Positions 8,861-17,385 of a stretch of DNA of 18,788 bases are shown one piece after another. The stretch covers positions 1 through 18,788 of the forward strand of contig JAWBDT010000022.1 in assembly GCA_038821645.1 (NCBI GenBank). Reading direction: 5' to 3'. This DNA comes from Ignisphaera sp. GTDB lineage: Archaea > Thermoproteota > Thermoprotei_A > Sulfolobales > Ignisphaeraceae. The translations under genes were made by a program, and so were the position numbers. Positions within the stretch are counted from its first letter, which is position 1. Each line of letters opens with the position of its first letter. Under the pieces are notes generated by a model. It saw nothing but the letters and a program-made list of their open reading frames with translations. It was not told where the DNA came from and ran no database searches.

Positions 8861-9880
8861 ATGAATCCTATATACACATCACTTAGATTCCCCTACACAC
8901 GTCCACGTAGATTAAGACGAAGAGAAGCTATAAGAGATCTAGTGGCACAGGTTTCGATAGATCCAAGAAAACTTGTGCTACCTATATTCATAAACGATAG
9001 TGTATCTAGTCCAACACCGATCAATGCTTTGAAAGGACATAAATACTATCCCCCTCAGTCAAAAGAACTAATAGAGCTGATACAAAGAGCTTTAGAGCTA
9101 GATGTTCACAGCTTCCTCTTATTCGGTATACCTTCCTTTAAAGATGCTGTAGGAAGTGCTGCTTTCAGTAGAGAAGGACCTATACAGAAAGCTCTGAGAT
9201 TCATCAGATCTGAACTAAATGATGAACCCATACTCTTTGCAGATCTATGTATATGCAGCTATACTGACCACGGTCACTGTGGACTAATTATGAATAAGAA
9301 TGGGTCTATTGTCATAGATAACGATAGCACTCTTGATGTCTATAAGAAGATTGCTGTAAGTCTTGCTGAAAATGGTGCAGACTTTGTTGCTCCCTCTGGT
9401 ATGATGGATGGACAGGTTAGAGCTATAAGAGAAGCTCTAGATAGCCATGGATTTACAGATATAGGTATCATGAGTTACTCAGTTAAGTATGCAAGTAGCT
9501 TCTACACACCATTTAGATTAGCCATGGATTCTAGTCCAAGGTTTGGAGATAGAAGGTCTTACCAAATGGATTTCAGGAATGCTGAAGAAGCTGTAAAAGA
9601 AGCTATAATTGATGTTGAAGAGGGAGCAGATATAATTATGGTGAAGCCTGCGCTTATGTATCTAGATGTGATCTACATGCTGAAGAAGGTTCTACAGTAT
9701 GTGCCTTTAGCAGCCTATAGCGTAAGTGGAGAGTATATGATGATAGAGCTCATGATAGAGAATGGTTATCTAGATAGAGATAGAGGTTTACTAGAGATAG
9801 CTACAGCTGTGTTTAGAGCTGGAGCCGATATAATGATAACATATCATGCACTCGATATAGCTATGATTCTTAGTAGGTGA
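8861..9880 (+). CDS. hemB: Porphobilinogen synthase (ALA dehydratase), Zn-type
   Basis: RPRRLR, DLCICSYTDHGHCG zinc site, APSGMMDG, SYSVKY, DRRSYQMD, MVKP, SGEY. Confidence 0.98.
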   Translation: MNPIYTSLRFPYTRPRRLRRREAIRDLVAQVSIDPRKLVLPIFINDSVSSPTPINALKGHKYYPPQSKELIELIQRALELDVHSFLLFGIPSFKDAVGSAAFSREGPIQKALRFIRSELNDEPILFADLCICSYTDHGHCGLIMNKNGSIVIDNDSTLDVYKKIAVSLAENGADFVAPSGMMDGQVRAIREALDSHGFTDIGIMSYSVKYASSFYTPFRLAMDSSPRFGDRRSYQMDFRNAEEAVKEAIIDVEEGADIIMVKPALMYLDVIYMLKKVLQYVPLAAYSVSGEYMMIELMIENGYLDRDRGLLEIATAVFRAGADIMITYHALDIAMILSR

Positions 9881-9885
9881 ACTAG

Positions 9886-11184
9886 ATGAATCGAAGCAAT
9901 AGAAGTTACGAACTGTATAGAGAAGCATGTGTATTATTCCCAGGTTGTGTAAATAGCCCTATAAGAGCTGCTGTAGAGCCTTATCCATTTTTTGTAGAGA
10001 AAGCTAATGGAGCATATATCTATACAGTCGATGGAGAAACACTTATAGACTATGTACTAGGCTACGGTACTCTGATTCTAGGCCACAGACATCCATACAT
10101 AGAGAAGGTTCTGAAGAACCAGATAGAGAAAGGATGGCTCTACACTACCCCAATAGAAGCAGAAGTTTTGCTAGGGAAGAAGATCCAGAGCTATGTAATG
10201 AGGAATGGAATGATTAGATTCGTTAATAGTGGAGCTGAAGCTACACTACTTGCCATAAGGCTAGCTAGAGCATATACCCGACGTAAATACATAATCAAGT
10301 TTAATGGATGTTACCATGGTGCTCACGACTTTGTGCTTGTATCTGCAGGTAGTGCTGCTCAACACTATGGTATACCGACTAGCGAAGGTGTTCTAGAAGA
10401 TGTTGCGAAATATACACTTGTAGCAGAATTCAATGATCTATCTACTGTAGAATATATATTCAGGAATATGGGTGAACAAATAGCTGCCATAATAACAGAA
10501 CCTGTTCTAGGTAATATGGGTGTGATACCTCCTGATAAAGATTTCCTAAAAGGTCTTAGAGAGCTATGCGATAGATACAGCTCTCTACTGATATTCGATG
10601 AGGTTATAACAGGCTTTAGACTTGGATTAGGTGGTGCTCAACAATACTATAGCGTTTCAGCAGATATTGTTACACTAGGCAAAATAGTTGGTGGTGGTTT
10701 CCCTATAGGGGTTGTGGTAGCTAGAAAAGATATAGCATCACTTATAGCGCCTCAAGGAAAAGTATTCAATGCAGGAACATTCAATGCTCATCCAATCTCT
10801 ATGATCGCTGGTTATGCAACTATAGAGGTTCTCGAGAAAGAACCTGTACATTATTACGCTAGATTAGCTGCTGAAAAGATTGTTAAAGCATTTCAAGAAG
10901 CTTCTAAAGAAAATAACATAGATATCCAGATAAATCATGTAGAGAGTATGTTCCAAGTATTCTTCATAGATAAGCCTGTGAAAAATGCTAGCGATGCTAG
11001 AAATAGTAATAGTGTATTGTATAAGAAGATGCAGATAGAGCTCCAGAAGAGAGGAGTGTTTATTGCTCCAAGTCAATTCGAAGCAATATTCACAAGCTAT
11101 GCCCATGTAGATGAAGTTGTATCTAAAACCATAGACTCTATCCATACAGTATTTAAAACAATTAAGAATATGAGTAGCGGTTAA
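9886..11184 (+). CDS. hemL: Glutamate-1-semialdehyde 2,1-aminomutase
   Basis: PGCVNSPIRA, RFVNSGAEA, GCYHG, FDEVITGFR, PLP lysine in LGKIVGGGFP, AGTF, PSQFE. Confidence 0.98.
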   Translation: MNRSNRSYELYREACVLFPGCVNSPIRAAVEPYPFFVEKANGAYIYTVDGETLIDYVLGYGTLILGHRHPYIEKVLKNQIEKGWLYTTPIEAEVLLGKKIQSYVMRNGMIRFVNSGAEATLLAIRLARAYTRRKYIIKFNGCYHGAHDFVLVSAGSAAQHYGIPTSEGVLEDVAKYTLVAEFNDLSTVEYIFRNMGEQIAAIITEPVLGNMGVIPPDKDFLKGLRELCDRYSSLLIFDEVITGFRLGLGGAQQYYSVSADIVTLGKIVGGGFPIGVVVARKDIASLIAPQGKVFNAGTFNAHPISMIAGYATIEVLEKEPVHYYARLAAEKIVKAFQEASKENNIDIQINHVESMFQVFFIDKPVKNASDARNSNSVLYKKMQIELQKRGVFIAPSQFEAIFTSYAHVDEVVSKTIDSIHTVFKTIKNMSSG

Positions 11185-11188
11185 AAGA

Positions 11189-12082
11189 ATGAGAAAGATT
11201 AAGGTAGCTACAAGAGGGAGTAGACTCAGTTTGATACAAACTGATATAGCTATCAGCTACATGAAGCAGATGATTCCTGAAGCAGAATTTGAGAAAGTAG
11301 TTATTAAGACTGTAGGCGATATTGTTACTGATAAACCGATACACGAGATAGGGGTTGTTGGAGCATTTGAGAAAGATGTTGATAAAGCTGTATTGAATGG
11401 ATTAGCTGATGTAGCTATACATAGTCTAAAGGATATACCTAGCGAAATTCCATATGGTATGGATATAGTTTTTGTAACTCCGAGAGATAGCCCAAACGAT
11501 GCCTTAATCCATAGATCAGGTGAAGTAGTTTCACCCTATGATCTCCCTTCTGGTACAGTTATCGGGACATCTAGTCTGAGGAGGAGGCTACAGATTCTCT
11601 CTATAAATAATGGATTGATTGTAAAAAACCTCAGAGGCAATATCGATACAAGAGTAGCTAAGCTAATGAACAACGAATACGACGCTATTATAGTAGCTGA
11701 ATGTGCTGTCAAGCGACTTAACCTAGACATAAAATACTATAGACTACCAATCATACCCTTTACACCAGCACCAGGACAAGGCATAATAGCTGTTGTAGCT
11801 CCATCTGATAGCTGGATAGCTAGAGTTCTTAAAGATAAGTCAGATAGATATGCATGGGCTATGATGAAATGCGAAAGAACATTTCTAGAAACACTAAGAG
11901 CTGGATGTAGAACAGCTCTAGGATTTGTATGTATAAGCCATCAATCTAACACACTTACAGCAGTAGCAAATGTATTTGTAGATGAGGGTAAAGGTATATG
12001 GATTCAGAGTAGAGCAGATATAGATAAAGCAGAAAGACTTGGAGAAAGAATGGCTGAAGAAGTTAAGAGTCTTCTGAGTTGA
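11189..12082 (+). CDS. hemC: Hydroxymethylbilane synthase (porphobilinogen deaminase)
   Basis: ATRGSRL, KTVGD, HSLKD, GTSSLRR, LRGNIDTR, PAPGQG, cofactor Cys in AGCR. Confidence 0.97.
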   Translation: MRKIKVATRGSRLSLIQTDIAISYMKQMIPEAEFEKVVIKTVGDIVTDKPIHEIGVVGAFEKDVDKAVLNGLADVAIHSLKDIPSEIPYGMDIVFVTPRDSPNDALIHRSGEVVSPYDLPSGTVIGTSSLRRRLQILSINNGLIVKNLRGNIDTRVAKLMNNEYDAIIVAECAVKRLNLDIKYYRLPIIPFTPAPGQGIIAVVAPSDSWIARVLKDKSDRYAWAMMKCERTFLETLRAGCRTALGFVCISHQSNTLTAVANVFVDEGKGIWIQSRADIDKAERLGERMAEEVKSLLS

Positions 12083-12825
12083 GGAACTTGGGCAAAGTAT
12101 ATATAGTTGGTGCTGGTCCTGGAGATCCTGAGTTAATAACACTAAAGGCGCTTAAATTGATCAAGGAGGCAGATGTTATACTATACGATAGACTAGTTTC
12201 TCCACAACTGTTATCATATGCAAAAGAGAGTGCTATAAAGATCTACGTAGGCAAAGAGCCTGGTGAAAGCCATAAGCAACAGGAAATCAATAAGATGTTG
12301 GTAGAATTCGCTAAAAGAGGTTTAACTGTAGTTAGGCTAAAGAATGGAGATCCTATGGTATTTGGACGTGGAGCAGAAGAATGTCTATATGTTGCTGAAC
12401 ATGGTATATGTTGTGAAGTAGTTCCAGGAGTCTCAAGCTTTCTTGCAGCTTCAGCTGTTTCTGGTGTACCTCTAACTGCTAGAGGATATTCATCGAGTTT
12501 TGCTGTTGTTACATCACATGAAGATCCAGCCAAAGGCTTTAGATCTGTAGACTTATCTAGAATAGCTGGTGCTGTAGATGTTGTAGTTGTGCTTATGGGT
12601 GCCAGTAAAGCTTATGAGGTTCTAGAAGAGATAGGGAAGATCATGGGATATGATACCCATGGTGTTATAGCAATTAATGTCACTCTACCTGGGCAAACAA
12701 TAATCAGAGGCTCTCTCAGAGATTTGATAAAGATGGTTAGAGAGAAAGGTGTAGAGAGACCAGCTGTAATAATAGTCGGTAAATCTGCTAAACTTAGCGA
12801 AAAACTCTATAGTGTTTGTAGATGA
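12079..12825 (+). CDS. cobA: Uroporphyrinogen-III C-methyltransferase (SUMT)
   Basis: GAGPGDPELITLKA, YDRLV, VGKEPG, QQEIN, RLKNGDPMVFGRGAEE, PLTARG, VLMG. Start is TTG 12079 or TTG 12088. Confidence 0.95.
   Translation: MRNLGKVYIVGAGPGDPELITLKALKLIKEADVILYDRLVSPQLLSYAKESAIKIYVGKEPGESHKQQEINKMLVEFAKRGLTVVRLKNGDPMVFGRGAEECLYVAEHGICCEVVPGVSSFLAASAVSGVPLTARGYSSSFAVVTSHEDPAKGFRSVDLSRIAGAVDVVVVLMGASKAYEVLEEIGKIMGYDTHGVIAINVTLPGQTIIRGSLRDLIKMVREKGVERPAVIIVGKSAKLSEKLYSVCR
12089..12146 (+). repeat. 58-bp perfect inverted repeat, right copy (5' end of cobA)
   Basis: TGGGCAAAGTATATATAGTTGGTGCTGGTCCTGGAGATCCTGAGTTAATAACACTAAA matches cbiF 1648-1591. Confidence 0.95.
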
Positions 12826-13568
12826 AGTGCCGTATTGCTGTATTTTCTCCCGATACAAAGATACCTAACAAGCTCTTAGATATCGGTAGCATTCTCTGGT
12901 TACCGCTTATAGAGCTTGAGCCTATCAATGGCTCATCTATAGAAGCAATCATGTATCTTAAGAGATGTCCTATAGCAGTTGTTGTTAGCCCAAGAACTAT
13001 AGAGATTCTGGTTAGAGATGCTGAGAATAATAAGTTGATGAATGTATTGATCGAGGCTATAAAGAGAAGCACAGTTGTTGTCATAGGTAGAGGAACTGCT
13101 GAAAGTATTCGAAACTATTTACAGATAGAGCCGCACATTGTTTCCCCAAAACCTTTTACTGAAGAGTTGATGAAGTATCTAGAGTCTATGGGTATTAAAT
13201 GTGTAACTCTGTTTAAAGCTGAAGGAGGTGTTATTGATGTTGATCGATACCCTAGTATGAGTATATATGTTGTTAAGGTCTATAGATATAGAGTTGTTGA
13301 AGAGAATCTAGAGCTTGTGAAGAAGCTTATCGAGAGAAGAGGTATAGATGTATTAGCTGTAACTAGCTACACTATAGCAAAGATCTTGTGTAGAAAAGTA
13401 GAGAGCCTCAATAATCTACCTCTAGCTGTATTAGGTAGAACTACAGCAAAAGCTGTTACAGAATTCTGTAGAGATGTAGATAGTGTTCTAGTTGGCGATG
13501 GAACTATAGAGATGTTTAGAGAAATCATCATGAATATATGTTCAGAAGCAAGAAGAGTATTTTGGTAA
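12822..13568 (+). CDS. hemD: Uroporphyrinogen-III synthase
   Basis: PLIELEP, VVSPRT, VIGRGTA, KVYRY, AVTS, LGRTTAKA follow the HemD pattern; lies after hemC-cobA. Confidence 0.85.
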   Translation: MKCRIAVFSPDTKIPNKLLDIGSILWLPLIELEPINGSSIEAIMYLKRCPIAVVVSPRTIEILVRDAENNKLMNVLIEAIKRSTVVVIGRGTAESIRNYLQIEPHIVSPKPFTEELMKYLESMGIKCVTLFKAEGGVIDVDRYPSMSIYVVKVYRYRVVEENLELVKKLIERRGIDVLAVTSYTIAKILCRKVESLNNLPLAVLGRTTAKAVTEFCRDVDSVLVGDGTIEMFREIIMNICSEARRVFW

Positions 13569-13578
13569 GGTTAGACAA

Positions 13579-14268
13579 ATGTATATACCTCTATTCATCG
13601 ATTTCTCTAACCTAAAGGTACTAGTCATAGGATGTGGTAGCGTTGGTTTAAGGAGAGCTTCTCTCTTCAGTAATGCTGGTGCTAAGGTTACTACGGTATG
13701 TAGAGAATCTGAGAAAAGGATTGAAGGAGTTAATGTAGTGTCAATCGATATCAAGGAAAACGATATAGAGACCATTAAACAGTTGGTGAAAGACCATCAT
13801 CTAGTGGTGATAGCTATAGATAGTGAATCTCTTGCATCAGCTATAGCTAGAATAGCTATATCTCTAGGCAAACTGGTTAATAATGCTGTAGACTCTAGGC
13901 TAGGCAACACAATAGTTCCGTTAAGATTATCGCTAAATGGTATAGATATAGGTATAACGAGTTACGGTATTTCTGTTGAAGCTCTTCGAAGAATGGCTAG
14001 AAAGATAGAGATACTTCTAGAAAGCGATATAGAGATCAAGACCCTCATACATATCTGTAGAGTATTGAAGAAATGTGTAAAGATTTTTGTTCAAAACCAT
14101 AAAGAGCGTATGAATCTCTATAGATCTATATTTACAGATGATGAGTTTAATAGATATGTATCGAAAGGAGATACTGTTTCAGCATTTTCAAGAGCTATCG
14201 ATATAGCTAGAAGCTTTGGATTTGAAATTAAGGAGTGCATAGAAAGAGGCTTAGATCAAGACAACTAG
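13579..14268 (+). CDS. sirC: Precorrin-2 dehydrogenase (SirC / CysG N-terminal / Met8-like)
   Basis: YIPLFIDF, Rossmann motif VIGCGSVGLRR, LVNNAVD, IGITSYG. Stop overlaps the convergent cbiO stop (CTAG 14265-14268). Confidence 0.88.
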   Translation: MYIPLFIDFSNLKVLVIGCGSVGLRRASLFSNAGAKVTTVCRESEKRIEGVNVVSIDIKENDIETIKQLVKDHHLVVIAIDSESLASAIARIAISLGKLVNNAVDSRLGNTIVPLRLSLNGIDIGITSYGISVEALRRMARKIEILLESDIEIKTLIHICRVLKKCVKIFVQNHKERMNLYRSIFTDDEFNRYVSKGDTVSAFSRAIDIARSFGFEIKECIERGLDQDN

Positions 14269-14948
14269 ATATATGTCTTTACAGACCTTATCTTCACTAT
14301 AGATCCATTCTCTAGCCTAATGAAGCTATCCGCAATATCTCTATAAAGCTTCAGATTATGTGTTGCAATAACAGTTAAACCACCTTTCATCTTGTGCTCT
14401 ACAACTAATTTAAGAAGCTTATCCACAAACCTCTTAGCCAAACCTGTGTGAGGCTCATCTAGAAGAAGTATAGGTGGTGAATACATCAGTATCGATATTA
14501 GTGCCACTAACTTCTTATAGCCATAGCTAAGAGTGTAGGGCTTTTGACTCAAGATAGATGTGTTTAGAGAGAAATAGTTTAGCCAATAGCTTAATCTATC
14601 AGCTATAATCTTCTCGCTACTCTCTATCTGTTTAATTGAATACACAAGTTCATCATAAACAGAGGGATTGAAAAGCATTGCATCAGGATTCTGAAACAAT
14701 ATACCTATATATCTCCTCATATCTCTATTCCTAAATATCGAAACATTATTTATAGTGACATCACCTTTGACAGGCTTAAGTAATCCAGCTAAAACCATTA
14801 ATAGAGTTGATTTTCCAGCACCATTAGGTCCAGTAATTATATAGATGTTACCGCTATACAGATATAGATCGATACCTTTCAACGTATACAAATCTTGTGA
14901 TCCAGGGTATTTGTACCATAGATTCTCTACACGAATAGCTATATCCAT
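14265..14948 (-). CDS. cbiO: ECF Co/Ni transporter ATPase
   Basis: Walker A GPNGAGKS, FQNPD, LSYGYKK signature, LLLDEP, ATH. Confidence 0.9.
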   Translation of the reverse strand: MDIAIRVENLWYKYPGSQDLYTLKGIDLYLYSGNIYIITGPNGAGKSTLLMVLAGLLKPVKGDVTINNVSIFRNRDMRRYIGILFQNPDAMLFNPSVYDELVYSIKQIESSEKIIADRLSYWLNYFSLNTSILSQKPYTLSYGYKKLVALISILMYSPPILLLDEPHTGLAKRFVDKLLKLVVEHKMKGGLTVIATHNLKLYRDIADSFIRLENGSIVKIRSVKTYI

Positions 14949-15700
14949 TTGCTGTACACCGCTATAGCAATTGATATAGAAAGAAGTAGAAGAATATAGT
15001 CTAGTACACTCAATCTACTTCTAGTAGCGCTTCTTCCTCTATCAATATTATCCACAATAGTTCTAGACTCTATAGCTAGAACCATTTGTTGCGATAACTC
15101 GATACCGTGGAATACAGTATCACCTAAACAGGCTACAAGGATCTTCAGAAGATTTAGTCTATTCAGCTTCAGGGTTCTAGATGTTCTAGCAAGTATGAGA
15201 GAAGTTATGTGGATAATGACTTTAGGGAGCAATAGAAATGTTATTGTAAAGAGGTAGCCAAAGAATCTAGATATCTTGAATAACGTCTTCGATACCCCAT
15301 CTATACCTATAGCCATTATCAGCATTATGGATACTGTAGAGATAGTTATAGCGTTAAGTAGAATATGTAGTAGCGATAGAGCTATAGCAACAATATCGTT
15401 AAACAATATATAGTTAACAACAATTGCAGGCAAAGCAATTAGTATTAGAAACACAAGCAGATCTACATACGTATGTACAGTATCTCTAGGGCTTCTACCT
15501 ATCAAGAGCATTACTGTAAACGATATGGATAAGATAGCCAGCTTGCTAAACACATCTCCATAGAGTGATGAAGATACTAGAAGTATAAACACAACTATAG
15601 CTATAACCACATTTAACCTCTTTCTAGGTCTGCTATATAGAGATTCAAGAACCTCATAAAGCTCATTAGCTATACTGTATAAGATTTCTGGAACACTCAT
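14939..15700 (-). CDS. cbiQ: ECF Co/Ni transporter transmembrane T component
   Basis: Several hydrophobic segments, two xSRT coupling-type motifs (ARTSRT, AIESRT), and position between the S component and the ATPase. Confidence 0.72.
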   Translation of the reverse strand: MSVPEILYSIANELYEVLESLYSRPRKRLNVVIAIVVFILLVSSSLYGDVFSKLAILSISFTVMLLIGRSPRDTVHTYVDLLVFLILIALPAIVVNYILFNDIVAIALSLLHILLNAITISTVSIMLIMAIGIDGVSKTLFKISRFFGYLFTITFLLLPKVIIHITSLILARTSRTLKLNRLNLLKILVACLGDTVFHGIELSQQMVLAIESRTIVDNIDRGRSATRSRLSVLDYILLLLSISIAIAVYSKWI

Positions 15701-15736
15701 AGCTATATCCTTAGAGAACTCTTCATAAAATCTGTT

Positions 15737-16012
15737 CTACGACTTTCTACGCATTATGTAGAGTATTATGTAGTAGATCGATATAATGATTAGAGACCCA
15801 AAGGCAGCTGAAACCATATAGCCTAAATAAGCATCTAGGCCTGGTACCATATATTCTCTAAATGGTGAATAGATTAAACCAGTAGCATTAACTATATCAG
15901 CTAGAGACTCCATATATTCTTCTGATTCAAGGATCTCTGGCAACACGATCCCAAAGATAGGGCTAACTAAGATCAATAACGACAACACTATGATGATCTT
16001 TCTCGAAATCAT
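15737..16012 (-). CDS. Small two-TM auxiliary subunit of the metal ECF transporter (NikN/PDGLE-like; CbiN role)
   Basis: TM-loop-TM layout; loop SPFREYMVPG resembles the P-x-x-D-Y-x-x-P-G motif of PDGLE/NikN domains; ATGA-coupled to cbiM. Confidence 0.75.
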   Translation of the reverse strand: MISRKIIIVLSLLILVSPIFGIVLPEILESEEYMESLADIVNATGLIYSPFREYMVPGLDAYLGYMVSAAFGSLIIISIYYIILYIMRRKS

Positions 16013-16656
16013 GCTCTACCACCTTCAAAGAGTATCAATGGATTTCTACTACGAATATATTCAGCAACACCCATAGTAATTAAGCCCTCTAGCGGCCCTA
16101 GTAATGCATGTGTTACAAACATTACCGTAGGAGTTATCCTAAGGTTGTAGAGATTTGATCCAAGTATTTCGCCCGACAATCCCAATATAAATCCTGCTGT
16201 CAAACCTGTGAGTATTGTTGATAAGTATCCAGTAATAAAAGTTGCGATATAGAATGGAGCTCTAGTCTTCTTCAAAAATGTGTAGACTAGATAGCTACAC
16301 CAAACACCTATAACTCCAGCTGAAATTATGTTTGCACCAAATGCTGTTATCCCACCATCATGGAATATGAATGTCTGGACAGCGAGTACTGTAGCCATAA
16401 CTATAAGCCCGCCAAGAGGTCCTGAGACAATACCTGCTAGTCCACCGCCAACGAAATGTAGAGTTGAGCCACCTGGTACAGGCCATTTAATTAATTGAGC
16501 AACAAATATTGAGCTAGCTAATCCAGCAATCTTAGCTATCTCGAATTCTGAAACCATGCTTCTGTATCTCATTATGGTGTAGCTTAGTATAAGTATAGCT
16601 ATTCCATATGTAGCGATTATTGTATATGGATCTAGCAGACCATCCGGGATATGCAT
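16009..16656 (-). CDS. cbiM: ECF Co/Ni transporter substrate-binding S component (CbiM/NikM family)
   Basis: N-terminal MHIPDG metal site, PGGSTLHFVGG, GPLGG, QTFIFHDGGITAFGAN, H...EGLIT; about 7 TM segments. Confidence 0.95.
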   Translation of the reverse strand: MHIPDGLLDPYTIIATYGIAILILSYTIMRYRSMVSEFEIAKIAGLASSIFVAQLIKWPVPGGSTLHFVGGGLAGIVSGPLGGLIVMATVLAVQTFIFHDGGITAFGANIISAGVIGVWCSYLVYTFLKKTRAPFYIATFITGYLSTILTGLTAGFILGLSGEILGSNLYNLRITPTVMFVTHALLGPLEGLITMGVAEYIRSRNPLILFEGGRA

Positions 16657-16677
16657 ATGTGGCCACCTAAGCCATAT
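16657..16677 (-). promoter_or_regulatory. Candidate 21-bp operator, copy 3 (cbiM): ATATGGC-TTAGGTG-GCCACAT
   Basis: Most symmetric copy (6 of 7 arm positions pair); abuts the ATG and contains the GGTG Shine-Dalgarno-like site. Confidence 0.65.
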
Positions 16678-16697
16678 AGTCGTTTAGAAGAGTGTTG

Positions 16698-16705
16698 TTA
16701 ATAAA
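16698..16705 (-). promoter_or_regulatory. Putative TATA box (TTTATTAA) of the cbiM operon
   Basis: Archaeal TATA-like sequence 20 nt upstream of the candidate operator, the same spacing as at hemA. Confidence 0.5.
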
Positions 16706-17385
16706 TCCATATGCACTAATCCTATACACTAAGGTGCACAAGAAGCTTTACATAGAATCTCGATATAAGTATAGAACATACCAAGTGTTTCGCTAAAGAA
16801 ATATCCCTAATTTAATTACCTAGAGGAAGTACTAGTACTACAACAATATAGTTGTTCTAGACAAGATATAGCCACAAGGTATATACACATATCGTTTGTA
16901 TAACATAGATGGATACATATCTAGGTATAGAGACTATATAGATAAATACAGATAAATACAGTATCTAGAAGCTATATATCATAATGTGTCTAGATCTAGA
17001 CAGCATAAGGTACCACGAAATACTGTCTTCATAGAGCTAATACCATTCACTATATAGAGATATGTCGACTAGAAATCTACAGTATATCTCCTACACAACT
17101 GGTTCTACAGAATCTCATAATCTTAGTCACTCTATAGATAGTTCTTCTCGAAACCCTCTAACCTTATCTATAGACATAAAACATATATGCATATATATAT
17201 TTATATAGAATCATCATTATTATTAGCTGAAGGAGTATTCAGTATACCTCTTTAGTAATTAGACTAGAAGATTGTTGTAAGCAACTATGCTGTATCTATT
17301 CACAAGCTCTTACTGTATCTATTTCATAGATTGGTTATAGCTTGATGCACTAGTTGTTGTGGATTAATCAATATTTAGACCGTTT

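Noticed and set aside
7906-13775. Minus-strand ORFs overlapping the hem operon
   Set aside because: Antisense shadows of conserved hem/cobA/sirC genes.
16866-16892. Fourth copy of the 21-bp motif (ATATAGC...TACACAT)
   Set aside because: Arm spacing is 11 rather than 7 and the left arm mismatches.
17150-17160. Degenerate CRISPR repeat or leader (GAAACCCTC); also AGAGATAGAAG near 887
   Set aside because: Too short, without the hairpin or repeat periodicity.
16678-17385. Cobalamin riboswitch upstream of cbiM
   Set aside because: No B12-box or GC-rich stems seen; the region is very AT-rich and the likely promoter is within about 50 nt of the ATG. An Rfam scan would settle it.
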